A stretch of 64,000 bases of DNA from Eledone cirrhosa (taxonomy: Eukaryota): contig OZ024742.1 in NCBI GenBank assembly GCA_964016885.1, forward strand, positions 127,968,001-128,032,000, in the 5' to 3' direction. Both the position numbers and the translations under genes were made by a program. The notes beneath the pieces are model-generated. The model had not been told where the DNA came from. It was given only the letters and a program-made list of their open reading frames with translations, and did not search any database. Position 1 is the stretch's first letter. Every line of letters starts with the position of its first letter. Positions 1 to 13,998 of this stretch are shown in pieces.

Positions 1-832
1 TTTTGTAAGCTGAGGCAGCTAATCAACACATTATAATTAGATGCCATGGTTTTAAAATTCTCATGAGTGGAGAATATATTTATTAAGTTTTAATATTTTG
101 ATATTTAAATGTTGTAAGTGTTGTTTAGAGTATAGTTTTGTTTCACAACTCCATTACGTAATAATTTTTTACCGATTTCCCACTGTTTTGAACACCATAT
201 TCATTCAAAACATTAAAAAAAACAGGAAAAACGAATTTCCCATCGAAAGTGAAACTGGTGTTATATTCACCTCCAAAGCCAAAATATTTTAGCATTTCAC
301 TTGCGTAGAATTTTGAAGTTGCTGAAAATCGGCAAAATATTGACCTGAAAAATATTGACAACCCATTTTACCATCAATTCTTTTGTTACATATTTCTTGG
401 CTTATATATGAGTGTATGTGGGAGTTACAATTACAGACACAGTGATGAGGATGAGATATAAGATATGAATCCATTGGCAGTTAAGATTGCACCCAAATAA
501 CTCAGCTAGCATTATTTTTCACCATTCAATAAATTTAGTTATAAGCTGAAGATTTGTTGACAATATTTTGCTAGCAGTTGAATAAACAAACTAAAATTTT
601 AGGCATAATATAATTTCTGTATAAAATAACCATAACTTTTGTTTATTATAATATAAATTAAAAATTTGTGTTGGATAATTTTGTTTCACTAATTATTTTG
701 ATTGTTATGTAACTCAAAGGGATGACTTATTATTAGTTGTTGGTTTGATAGAAAGTGTTTTAGAAGAAACTAAACAAAATAAGGGAAGGTAGAAGTTTGG
801 TTGCTTGCCTAATTAAAATAAAGAGACTTTAC

Positions 833-1001
833 CTGGAGTTTGGGCTTGGTCCTGATCCTCTTCGCTTTCTATAATTTCAACATTGTTGTCATTTTCATCT
901 TGTTTGTCTTCCATTACTATTTCTTGTTGTTCTTGATCAGATTCTTCAATCATATTATCTAGAGGTGGTTCTGGTGGAGTTATTAGATTAAGAGTTGTTG
1001 A
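833..1001 (-). CDS. FKBP15: FKBP15-like exon L (STTLNLITPPEPP...acidic...AQTP)
   Basis: cag/gtaaag, 169 bp, phase 0/1. A TLxL motif followed by an acidic stretch, as in FKBP15. The next exon lies outside the window. Confidence 0.82.
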
Positions 1002-1584
1002 CTGTAGGCCAGAATGGAAAGAATAACATTCATCAAACATCATCATAGTATCAAGATTCTATGTACTTCCTTCCTACATATCAAGGAAAGCCACTTTTCA
1101 GGTGGTACCAAATTATATGCTCTTTTTTACTAATCAGTATTTCATTCTTTGCTTAGGCATTTGAACTATAAATTATGATTCTAAGTTTGGAACCCTTTTT
1201 TTTCTACAATTCTTCAAAATTATAATTTTTTATCAAACAATCATTTGTAGAGCAGTGGTGATAGCAGACAGTAAAGAGTTCTTATGCTATCTGTTCAGTG
1301 GTTCACTATTCAATATTCTAATCTCACCAAAGGTGTCTTCATTTTTCACCTTCCAAGGTTGATAAAATATATATCAGTAATATACTGAAGCCAGTCAGTT
1401 AGACTATATCCATTCTACCCCCCCCCCCCCTCCCCTAAAAAAACAACATTTTATACTGCCTCCATATAGATATGGTTTGGGCAGGTTTGCTGTAGCAATT
1501 TTCCTCATTTGTATCTGTCCTTCAAATTGATGGCAATATTCATGTATGTGTGAATGTGAGAGAGAGAATAATCATGCTTATTAC

Positions 1585-1692
1585 CTTAATAATATGGAGC
1601 AGAAAACACAAGACTTCTGAGCCTTTGTAACTTTCTTCTGCTTCTAGTTCAGATCGTGTACTTTGGTAAACACCATTCATTACTTTTTTTAC
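1585..1692 (-). CDS. FKBP15: FKBP15-like exon K (VKKVMNGVYQSTRSELEAEESYKGSEVLCFLLHIIK)
   Basis: ttcag/gtaata, 108 bp. Matches the conserved FKBP15 block VKKIMNQVFQSLRREFELEESYNG...IK. Confidence 0.92.
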
Positions 1693-4555
1693 CTGAAGAT
1701 AGATATATATTATGTGTGCTTATATAAAAATATAGAAACTGGATTTAAGAGGAATCAGAAGTGGTGTGCAAGAGAGAAGACTGTGTTAGTGAGGATATGT
1801 AATGTGCATGGATAATGATCACTGGGTGAAGAAGTGCCAGGAAATCCTAGCGGAGGGAAGCTGAAATAGAGATAAACCAAAGAAGACTGGGCAAAGATGG
1901 TGAGAGCTGATCTCAAATTGCTGAGACTCATGGAGCGGATGATGAAGGAATGTGCCAAGTGGAGAGATGCTGTGCTGAAAAGGATCTGTCCAACCCATGC
2001 AAGCGTGGAATAATGGATGTAAAAATGTTGATGATGATAAACACATTTCCTATTTTATGCATCCAAATTCCTGTTACATATGATATGTATTTTAAGGTCA
2101 TATTATATAGATTATAAATCTTAAAACCATGACATATATCAATCTAAAGCTATTTTATTCAATGCATAGTGCTATAGAATTGTGTGTGTGCATATGTGTT
2201 GGGGGTGGGGGTCTGTGCGACTAACATAACTTTAAATAAATTCTTCTTAGATATCTAAATAAGAGTTTAAATTGCAGTCGAGGAAGACCACGAAAAACAT
2301 GGGTGGAGGTGGTGAGAGCAGACCTCTGATCGCTGAAGCTCACGGAAGAGATGACGAATGGAGAAATGATGCACTGAATAGGACCCATCTCACCCTTGCA
2401 AGCAGGGAAAAGCGGACGTAAGATGATGATGACAGAGCTCCTACCAAAAATTACATTTATAGTAGCTCTTTAGTAACTATGTTCACCCACTCTATCTGTG
2501 ATCACTCCTCTTGTCTCTTTCACTGTTCATCTCCATCCCATGTTTCCCTTGCTTCACCCTACCAAATCCCAACACGCTATACACACAACAATATATTTGT
2601 CATCTTTCTTTATCTCCCTCATCTATTGTCATACACCCATGACTTCATACTTACCACCCTTCTTAGCCTCTTTCTCATTCACTAAATGCAGCTGCCATGG
2701 GACAAGGTATCATCCCTTACCCTCCCATAGGGTCAAGAGGGCTCTCCAGTCAAATCAATGACCAACAACCTCCCTAATGCTGTTACTATAATACAGTGCA
2801 CTGAATGCATGCTGTGAACAGGGAGTGCTGGTGTCATGATAAAATGCTCCAAGTACAGGTTGCAAAGTGGTTAGCATTAGGAAGGGCATCCAGCTACCGA
2901 AACCATGTCAAACTAGAACACATGAGCAGGTCATCTGACCTGTCTAATCTCAGAATGTGATGTCCCATTCAACCCATACCAGCGTGGTAAACGGACATAA
3001 AATAGTCATGATGATGATCTGCATTTGTTTAGATATAATTCCTAAGTTTCTATAACATTAATACTGACTAGATGGCCTCATAGAAATTCCACTGTTGTTG
3101 GCAACTAAGACAAAATAATTACTCTGACATCATATGATTGCAAATACAAGCAGCTTCAATGGGGGTTCTGCCAAAGGATCTTTGGAGTAACATTACTGGA
3201 TAGAGTGTGTAACTCAGAAAGTTGCTCCAGGTAGGGCTGCTACTTCTCCGAATTGAGAGATCACACTTTGATACTACGGATATGTGGTTAGACAGATTTT
3301 ATGGGTAAAAACAACTGGCAGGAGACCCAGGGGTAGACCCCAAGCAAGATGATTGGATAACATCCATGAGCTTGGCTGGTCTTGCTTAGGGATTCAGATG
3401 GATCAATTGGAGACAGTTGCTTCTGGTAGGACCCACTTTAAGGGATGTCTGAGGACTGTCTTCATGACCTTTCTATAAGTGGGAAAAAAAAGAAGATATA
3501 TTTGTTATTTCATCATTGTACCATTTTAATTATTAGACCATTAATTATCATAATTTATACTATCAATTTAATAGTTCTTTATATAAAATGGTTTTAGTGA
3601 TAATTTTTTTTCTTTGTTTCCCTTATTTAACAAAATCATCAATTAATTTCCTAGCCCTAATTGCTTAATGCCGATGCTTTTACATAACACTCTACAACCC
3701 TCAAACAAATGAGAGAGAACTTCTACTTAGTTCCTAGACCTGCAAGAAATAGCAACCAAATCTCCATTAAATCACACTTTACTTTCTTTAAAAACATTTT
3801 TGACATTGGACAATGCATTCTTAGATAAACTATTTTGAATAAAAGATCGAAGGGTCATGACTGGATTGGCTTTGATAATAGATCATTGCTGCCCTGGCAC
3901 TAAATACATAACTATTGCCCCACTTAGCTATAAAATAATAACATATTTTTGTCAGCCAGGTATACTATAAGACTTGACTACAGGTTTATTTCAATGGCTG
4001 TAGAGAGATATTTTAAAAATTCATCAGTTAACAATGACAACAATGTGCATGTAGGGCTCTGTCCTCAACCCTATCCTCATCTAAACATGCTAGCATGGAA
4101 AGCTGAATGCACCCCACAATACTGTCAGATGTCACTCACTTCCCTAAATGCCATCCCTCTCTTAGAAAACCACAGGTAACCTAACCTCAGCTCTCACATC
4201 CCCTCACACCCAGGCCAAGTGCCCTAGTGCTGAAATGTAGTAGTGTTGGTGCCACAATAAAATGCACCAAGCTCACTGTAAAGTGATAGTGCCTGGTGTC
4301 ACAATAAAATGCACTCAGTAAAGAGGTTGCACTCAGCCCATAATGCAAAGTGGTAGTGTTAGTGCCATGATAAAATACACTTAGGACACATTATGAAGTG
4401 GTTGGCATTAGACTGTAGAAACCATGCTAAAATGGAACATATGTGTGAGATATAATCATCTGACCTGTCCAGCTCCAGAATATGACAATCCATCTACCTC
4501 ATGCAAGCATGGAAAATTGATGTAAAATGGTGATAACAAAGATGATGATGAGAAA

Positions 4556-7500
4556 TTAATAATAATAATAATAATGAAATTATTGTGTACAGTGCTCAGG
4601 TGCACTACAACTCATCAAAGGTGCATGTATAGTACATAGAATAATATACAAATGTCAGGGAAGTGAATAGTGTATGAGTCATGATATACATGTGTGTATG
4701 TGTATGGAGGGGGAACATTAGGTGTAGTGTTGGCAAATCTCGGGAAGCATGGAGGTTTTAAAGGATGCAGTATCTTGACAGCTAACAACTGATGCATGGA
4801 GTTTGTTCTATGCTTCAGCAACTCTGAGCGTGAATAAATGTTTACGAAAGTCATGGGAACTGTGCTGTTTTCTGACTTTGTGGGCATGCCCACATGTGTT
4901 AGACACATGGAAATCAAAAAGGTACTCAGGGTTGTTGTTGGCAAGATGGTTAATAATTTTGTGGTTGTTTACCAAGTCAGCTGCCAGGCGTCGGAGCTTC
5001 AATGTATCCATGCCCAGGGAAGCAAGGCGTTCAGAGTATGGTAAATGCCTGATGGAGGGTATTCGCTTGGTTGCACGTCTCTGAACAGTTTCCAGGCGGT
5101 CAATGTTCTGAGCAAGATAGGGGTTCCAGACTGGTGATGCAAATTCTAAGTGTGGCCGCACCATAGCTAAATACAGCTTTAAATAGATAGCTGGAGAGCG
5201 GCTGACAAAGGTCTTGCTAAGACACCCTCGGCCCTCTTGACAATTTTAGAGACGTGTTCGTCCAACGCAAATCGCTGCTGACCGTAGTGCCCAGGTCACG
5301 TTCACAAGAAGACTTCTTGATATTAGTGCTGTGGAGGGAGTATGTGGACGCAGGGTTTTTACTCCCAAAATGCATGGTGGTGCACTTGTCCACAGTTAGC
5401 TTGAGTTGCCAGTCTGTGATCCATTGTTGCATTGTGTCCAGGTCAGACTGCAAGCAAGATCTATAGTGTTCAGGATCTGTCCTTTTTATCTCAAAGTACA
5501 GCTTGATGTCATCTGCGTATTTCAGTACTGTGGCATTCTTCAAGTTGGCATCTATGTCATTAATATATGCCACAAACAAAAGGGGGCTAAGAACAGATCC
5601 CTGTGGTACACCAGATGACATCTCATATGGTGAGGAATGCTGTCCCAGAACCGTGACTACTTCTCTTCGACTGAGAATGAAGGACTTCAACCAGTTAAAA
5701 AGATCATCCTTCACACCCATTGCAGAGAGTTTTGCCATAAGCCTTTTGTGTGGCACAGAATTGAAAGCTTTCGCAAAGTCAAGGTAAACAACATCCACCC
5801 ATGAGCCGCCATCAGTGTTTCGGGTGATGTCCTCAAGAAACTCGATAAGTTCATCACAGCAGCTGGAGTTAGGGATAAATCCAAATTGCAAGGGCCGGAT
5901 AAGACAGTGAGAGTTCCAGAAGTTCCAAAGTGTTTCTCTGACACAGGATTCCATCAGTTTGGCAATGCAACTAGTAAGACTGACTGGACGATAGTTCACA
6001 GGTGATGTGCGGTCACCCTTTTTGAACAGAGGAATCACACTGGCAGTTTTCCACTGTTGTGGAGTAGCACCGTTGTTCAGACAGAATTGGAAGAAGCATG
6101 ATAGCTGGTGCAGAAGGAAGTACCCACCACGTTTAAGAAGCAGGTATGTAACACCATCAAGACCAGGAGAGGCATGGTTGCGTTTATTTTTAAGGTGACG
6201 TAGCAGCATTGCAGGTGTAAATGGTTGTAATAGAGTCCGGTGTCATAGGTGGTGGAGATGGTACACTCTGGTCTTCAATAGTGAAAATGCCTGCATAGCA
6301 TTCAGCAATGAGCTCTGCGCATTCCTTGGGGTTATCAGTAACCTCGCTTGTGTGGGGATTGTGAAGAGGACCAACTGGAGAGTGAGGCCTCTGCTTTGAG
6401 TGAACATACTTCCAGAACACCTTCTGTCAGGGCTGGTTGCTATGCGCTGCTCAAATTCAAGCACTGCTTTTTTGTCACCTGTTTGAGGTGGTTGGATGAT
6501 TTATTTCGCCTCTTCCTATTGATGTCTGATTTATGCAGTTTGTACTCATTTTCAGCATTACGAAGTTCTTTTCTGGCAAGATGGACTGCTGCAGTCTCCC
6601 AAATTGCACTTTTGGGATGTTTTTTCTGCTTACATGGCACCGATGCTGCACATGCTGTCTATATTGAACTAAGGATGTTCTGGAGTACAGTGTTGACATC
6701 TCCAGAGTCGTAGAACTCAAGCCAGTTTGGACGTTGCAACTTGGTGCAGTAACAGTTCCAGTCTGCTTTATTCCAGTCAAAGTGAGCAGTTTGGAGATGG
6801 TTGTGGTTCTTGTTACTGCCCATAAGGGATAGATTGGCAATGATCATAGCATAATCAGAGTCACCTAAAGGTTCCTCAGCAGTAACACTAATGACCATTT
6901 CAGGAGTAGTGGTGAAGAATAGGTCTAAAGTGTTGTCACCTCTTGTTGGGGAGGTGACTGCTTGGGACCAGTTCGAGTCCAGCACAAGGAAATCATTTGC
7001 ACTTTGCAGCCAACGAAAGGTTTCCCAGTCAATCTCAGGGTAATTGAAGTCCCCTGCAATAAAAACATAAGTGGCTGTTTTCCTGGCAGCAGCTCTGAGG
7101 ATATCACAAAGTTGAGTGTCCTGATGGTAATTTGGGGGATGGTAAACAGCTCCAAGTAGCAGTGTTGACATGGTCATATGTATATTGCAGAAAAATACTT
7201 CTTGCTGTGATTGGTTCAAATCAACACAAGGAATTGCTGAAAAATTTGACCGAACGTAGACCATTACCCCACCACCACGACAATTAATGCAGTCTTTGCG
7301 AAACAACTTGTAGCCAGTTATACTGAAAACCCCATTACAGAGTAAGGAATGTACCCAAGTTTCCGTGACTGTAATGAAGTCAGGGTTGATACTTTTGACG
7401 TAGGAGTCAAAAAGATGAATCTTATTGCATAGACTACATGCATTCAAGGACAACAATTTGTACCTTGATTCCAGTATATGATTATGTGCAGGGGATGGCA

Positions 7501-8990
7501 GGTTGTTCTGATTTAGTTTCCCAGAGTTTTTTCAGTTTTTTTATTGTCAGCTGTTGTGGGTACAGTGTTTTCAGACCAGCTGGTATCTCTTTTACATGTT
7601 TCACCAGCCTTAACAAACTTCCATATCTCCCCATCATCACATAGGGTGAAGCTTTCATGTTCTGCCGAGCTGCGGTTTAAGGAAGCTGCAGCACGCAACT
7701 TTGGGCGGACATCAGGTGGAAGACCAGGGAGTGTTCGGAAAGCAATCCAACTTTCATGCCTAGCCTTATCAGAGGCTACAAGGTATGAATGTGCCTCAGT
7801 TGAGTTCGAAAAAGACAGCCTAATTAGCCTGGGTTTCGGACCTGGTCAGCCAAGGCGTAGAGTACCCTTCACGGGAGCACAAGTCTTTGGATGAACTGGC
7901 AGCAAATGCCTGAAGATCAACTATGTCTTCTGGTACACCAATGGCAATCACTTCATGGCTTGCAGATTCAGTGGCATTCTCAATGCGTCTAGGTTCAACA
8001 TGAGGTACGCGGAGATTTTTTAACAAGGCACTCCGGTAAGATCCATCATTGTGAGGTTCTACACGAACGCTTGATTTTATTCCCGCTATTTCTCGGCTTA
8101 AAGCGGAAATCATTTGTCGTATTTCCTCAAACTCCGTATTGACGGTCGATTTTGGTTGTTGTTCTTCTCCTTCAACAGACATGGTAGGGGAAGACACAGT
8201 CGTCGGTTGTTGTTGTTGAAAAGTAACGGGGGAGGAAGACATGGGTTGCTGTTGTTGATGAAGTCCTTCAATAGGGGTAGTAGCAAAAGTTACGGTCGTT
8301 GGTTTTTTGGTTTTTGCTGTTGTTCCGGAACAATGGTAGAGGGAGACACGATCTTCGGTTTTTGTTGTTGTTGTTCAGCAGCAATAGTAGAGGCAGACAT
8401 ACAGTCCAGGCACTGAAAGGACCAATTTGTTAGCTGGACCATCTCCCAGAGTCCATCCATCATAGCAATATGATGTTTCATATTTTGGCCTGGGATCTTC
8501 CGGAAGCCTGTGGCGCATTGAAGGCAGACAGAGATGCGACAGGTTCCACATTCGACCCAGCGATTACGGAACGAGTTTTCAGGTTCTGTACGGATATGGC
8601 AGGTGTGATTTCTGGGCAATGTTCTATTTTGGAACATCTACCAGTTTTGTCGCATACTTCATCGATGGATATCACCATGGCAATTTTGTTATTTCTGCCC
8701 ATCCGTAGAAAAACACAGAATGTAAACAATATAGGTTTAGCACACTTGATTACGATAGAAATAAAGTGTTTGTTTTTTAGTTTTGTTTTTTGTGTATTTT
8801 TGTTTCCGCTTTCCTAAATATTATGTGTGTGTGTGTGTGTGTGTGTGTGTACAAAAGGATCTGCGCATGTAAACACATAAATATGGTGCGTAAGTTAAGA
8901 TAAATGTTTGTTTATGTTTTGTTTTTGAATTTCTGTTTCTGTTTTCCTATGTATTATGTGTGTGAATATACAAAAAGATCTGCACACGAA
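4556..8990 (-). mobile_element. Near full-length, frameshifted CR1-clade LINE (PHD-type ORF1, AP endonuclease, RT, (ATT)n tail)
   Basis: ORF1 pieces 7820-8637 with a Cys/His PHD-like pattern. APE 6659-7456 (VTETW, GDFN, TRGDNTLDL). RT 5217-6209 (YRPVSLTS, YLDFAKAF, GVPQGSVL, YADD). CR1 C-terminus RPHLEFASPVWNP...QRRATK. (AAT)n at about 4558-4575. Confidence 0.92.
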
Positions 8991-9000
8991 TATATAATTC

Positions 9001-11840
9001 ATCATCATCACCATTTAACGTCCATCTTCCTCGCTTGCATGGGTTTGGACGGGAGTTTTCCCACTTGAGGCAAGATTGGTTGTCTTGCTCATATAGGACT
9101 GTCTGGCGGGTTTTCTACGGCTGGATGCCCTTCCTAACACCAACCACGTTTACAGTGTGGACTGGGAGGTTTTTACCGTGTTACCTACACGGCCACATTA
9201 CAGCGTGGACTGTGTGTTTTTTTGTCGTGACACCTACACGACTTCATTTATTTCGGACTGGATGTTATGGTACCAACATAACTTTACATCGGAAGGGGTG
9301 GTGTGGATGGGGTGGGGTGGTGGGACGGGGGTGTATTTTTGTTAGAGGTGCCTACTGACTGTAGGTTTCGTTTGTACTTAGGCAAGGCGGGTCTTCTGTA
9401 TTACTGTGTAGCGCCAAAGATCTCGGTCCAGTGACATTGTCTTGGAGAGGTGTAAGTGTGTGAGGTCGGAATTTATCAGCTCGTCCCAGGTTTTTCTGGG
9501 TCTGCCTACTCCGTGGCTACCGTCTATTTTTATCGCCCTGCACTTTTTTATACAGCTGTCGTCTTTCATGCGCATCACGTGACCATACCAACGTAGTCTT
9601 CTCTCGAGTAAACAACATCTGATTCCTCTTATTCCTAATTTCTCCCTTAGTTCATTTATGCTTTGCCGTTCACGTATATTACTATTACACATCCAACGGA
9701 GCATGCAGGCTTCGTTCCTCTCCAGTCTGCGTATATCTTCTGCACACAATGCCTAAGTCTCACTGCCATGTAACATTGCTGTTCGTATGCAGGCATCATA
9801 CAGCCTGCCTTTCATTTTTAGAGAGAACTCTTTAGCGGCCAATAGTGGTATAAGCTCTATGAACTTTTTCCATCCCGTTCTGACTCTAGCTACTGTACTT
9901 TCAGAGCACCCTCCACCACTGCTGATTTTGTCACCCAGGTAACGGAAGGTGTCCACTATTTCTATAGAACCATCTGGGCAATGGAATGAGCTAGTAATCC
10001 GTGGGCACTTGCTGCTACTTATTGCACCTGAGCACCGGCCACATATAAAATCTATATTCTTAGTTAGCTTACCTCTGATCCCACTACATCTTTTATACAC
10101 CCATACTTTGCATTTGGGACATAAAATGGAGTTTCTGCCTACTCCTTTCCTACACACTGAGCATGGCCATTTCCCAGATAGGACCAGTGCCCTATTTTCC
10201 TTCCTACAAACTAGAACTTTAGTCTTAGACAGGTTAATTTTAAAGCCTTTTGATTCTAGGCCACGCTTCCATGTTTGGAATTTCTTCTCTAGTTCAGCCA
10301 TTGATTCAGCTATGAGCGTTAGATCATCTGCGTATAGAAGTTCCCATGGGCAGCCGGTCTTGAACTCCTCTGTTATAGCCTGAAGGGCAATAATAAATAG
10401 TAGGGGGCTAAGGACGGAGCCCTGATGAACACCAACTTTTACGCTAAACTCTTCACTATATTCGTTGTTAATTCTAACCTTGCTGGCTGTTTCTTTATAC
10501 ATGGCTTGTATAGCTCTCACAAGCCATTCATCAACACCTAGTTTTCTAAGGGCCCACCAGATAATCGAGCGGGGTACTCTGTCAAAGGCTTTCTCCAAGT
10601 CAACAAAAGCTAAGTATAGGGGTTTACTTTTAGCTAGGTACTTCTCCTGTAGTTGTCGTATAATGAAAAGAGCGTCTGTTGTACTTTTCCCTGACACAAA
10701 CCCGAACTGCATTTCATCTAGATCAATTCGCTCTCTGAATAGTTGCGCTATTACTTTTTCTGTGACCTTCATGACCTGGTCAATTTATTTAATGCCCCTA
10801 TAGTTTCCCCTATCTAGGGCATCTCCTTTACCCTTGTAGCAGTTAATGATGATGCTGCTGCGCCAGTCCTTCGGAACGACCCCATTCTGTATGACTTGGT
10901 TTACTATCCGGGTAACCATAGTGTGTCCCACCGTTCCAGATGCTTTCAGCATTTCAGCAACTATTTCCGAAGGACTAGCCGCCTTGCCCGTCTTCATGTC
11001 TTTGATCGCCTTACTTATTATACTACCTTCAACTTGCACTGCTGGTCCCTCTATTGGATCGATGTGGGGGAGACTGTCTTTCTCCCAATTATTCTCCTCA
11101 TTTAGTAGCCTTTCGTAGTGACACTTCCAAGCTACCTTCTTATCAGCGTCAGTAATGGCAAGTACACCATCATCATTAAGGACACACTTCTCCCCGACAA
11201 TATCACGGTTTTCCTTGACACATTGCCTAGCAATCCTGAACACCTCACGTTTTTGGTCCTCGCGTTGTAGAACATGCTTGAACTTTTTTTCCTCTGCTTC
11301 CCTTCTTGTGAAGTACACTTGTCTCCTAGCTTCCCTCCTGGCTACTTGATAGTCTTCTCTACTTCCCCCATCCCGCCATGCTTTCCAAGCCTGCTTTTTG
11401 GCTTTGATTGACCCCTCCACCTTACTGTTCCACCACCAAGTTACTCTCCTCCTGCCTATAGGTCTGCTCCAGCCACAGGTTAGCTTTCAGGAATTCCCAC
11501 TGTTCCTCTATATTGTACGACTAATTGCTCTTCCTTACTATCGAAAGCATCAAGTAATATGCTTTTAAATTTATTACTGGCTGTGGGGTCCTTTAACTTC
11601 CATATTTTTCTCCTGAGGATAGTCCTCTTCTGTTGTCGAGTACGTCTCATCCTGACTATGAGGTCGCTAATTATGAGTCTATGTTGAGAGGTGCATTCTT
11701 CATGGGGGAGGGATTTAGTGTTTACAACAGACATTCTGTCACGTCTTCTGGTAAGGATATAATCTACCTGGCTGGTGTGTTCCCCTGATCTATAGGTGAT
11801 CAAGTGATTGTCTCGTTTTTTGAAGTTAGTGTTTCAGATA
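9001..11840 (-). mobile_element. RTE-clade LINE, 5'-truncated (family A), (TGA)n tail
   Basis: GDALDRGNYRGIK, MQFGF, DLEKAFDRV, GVHQGSVLSP, LLYADDL, GRPRKTW. The 3' end carries a CATGCAAGC hairpin and a (TGA)n tail. Stops and frameshifts are present. Confidence 0.93.
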
Positions 11841-12558
11841 GAATTATATATATATATATAATTAAAAGGTGTATGTGGGTTAGAAGCGAAGTCAATGTTC
11901 AGAAAGATTTTACAAATGTACATAAGATTTGCTGGTATAGTGTCTCACACGAAATAGTGTGGTTTCTTTTCACTTGTGTGTATATGCGTGTGGTATGTAT
12001 CTGTATATAGATCTTTTGTGCATATTGTTGTTTATAGGTTTAGAAGTACTTACTGCGATCCCTAAGGGATGTAGTGATTTTTTTGTTGTTTTTTTCCCCC
12101 CCCCCGTCCATGTCCACACGTGGTTTGTTGGCGAAAATCAAATCAAATCAAATATGCTTCGTTAAAATAATTCTATGTTGAAGCTGGTACTAGTTGTCAG
12201 GGAACAGTCAAAGTATTTGTAATAATGAATATTGTAATCCATCTGACGTGTTTAAAGGGCAGTTTTTGGTGAAAATATTATATTTTGTTTGGTCAAGACG
12301 TGGTCAAACGTCCTTCTTTGTCGCCATTTTATGGTAGCAAAATAGTAAGAACTCAAAGGGAAAAACTTCTACATAGTCACACTAGCAGCTAAAAATAACA
12401 AATATATATTCCATAAATCATATCCTACTGTTTTAAAAAAACAGAGGATGCATTGGATAATATACACTTGGAGTGCTCAATAGATTTGCTCATAGGTCTG
12501 CTCAATCATGGTTAACAACTATGTCATCTAAAAAGTGTTTATATTTAACATTACATAC

Positions 12559-12705
12559 CTCTGTAATAACATCTGCATCAATGTTATTAGCTGTCCTAGC
12601 AATGATCATCTGTTCTTGATATTGTTCAACATCCTCTTCAAGTTCTTGAATTCTTTCCTCATATTTTGATTTCATACTAGATGCTTGTGAACGTAGCTTG
12701 TCATA
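12559..12705 (-). CDS. FKBP15: FKBP15-like exon J (YDKLRSQASSMKSKYEERIQELEEDVEQ...DVITE)
   Basis: ttcag/gtatgt, 147 bp, phase 0/0, coiled coil. Confidence 0.85.
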
Positions 12706-13998
12706 CTGAAAAGAAAATATGTATTAATTACTAGGCATAAAACATAAGCAGGTGAGTTCATATAGTTGATTTGATCATTATTATGTCAAATTTCCATGCT
12801 AGCATGGGTTGGACAGGACGTTTTGAGGCAATATTTACCAGCTGAATGTCTTTCCAGACATCAACCCTTTTAGTTGTTTCTTATGACTTGCAGGAATATG
12901 GTGTATTTATTCTAAACCGAATACACACACATTATATATATCTACAATATATATTTATGGAAAAACATCCTTGTATTGGCTCCCTTTAATGCATGTGCAA
13001 TTATATATGAAAATAATCAAAACTAGACACAAAGCCAGATAGCAACTTATGCACTGACATGAATTGCGTTCTATCTGTGTATCTATATTTATCTAATGAT
13101 TATTTGTAAACAATTTTGTGGAGTTTCCACTAATAATTTTTGAGACAATCCAAGATAGTCGTGGCATTGTTGACTGTTATTGTAATATAAGTAGAGAAAA
13201 ACATCATATATATAAGGTAAGAGCCCTATATGGTCACTGAATCTGTTAGAAACAGCAGCCCAAAACACCCTACTGTCTTAAGGAGACATGGAGCAATGTA
13301 ATCACAGATACACTTTGCTTCAAACATACTAAACAATGTTGTCCAAACACTTTCCAAACATTTAAAAACATGAGATGAATTTTAAATAATCTACATGGGA
13401 AAGAGGAATAAGAAATGCTAAAAATGTAGTGCATTCAGGAAGTTAAAGGTATAGATTCTTTCGGAGCTCTCAGAGAAACCCTCCTTTCAATTTCTTCACC
13501 ATGCTTGTATGGGTTAGATTCATCTCACAGATTCTCACCCTCTGTCATGGTCCTTTCTAATCTGGTACACAGAGCGCTAGAGATAATCACCAATTTTTAT
13601 TGTGTATATAATATTTTTGGCAGGATTTTTTAATGAAAGGACGCCCTTCCTAACAGCAACCCATTACAGCATGAACTGGGTGCATTTTACCATGCCACTG
13701 GCTAACGAGTAGTTAACTGTGGTGAGACTAAAATGTCCCTTAAACTATGTCAGTCTTTATTCAGAGATACTGCTCTCTTACGAACCTATATATATTTAGT
13801 GTCAGTAGTTACTTCTGTAATATGGTTTCATGCTAGTGTCTGGAAGTTTGGACCCAGCAATCTTCTGCAGACTTTCACATTAACTGAAGAAGCCAACACT
13901 GCATCAAATGACTAGTATTTGTTATAATGACCAGGAAATATTTCAACTCTGATCTGTTGTTGATCCTCTACAAAGCTCAAGTAAGGGCTGTTTGGAGT

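Noticed and set aside
98-474. Short ORFs or a further FKBP15 exon
   Set aside because: No convincing phase-1 acceptor with a protein-like frame. It looks like a repeat remnant I cannot classify.
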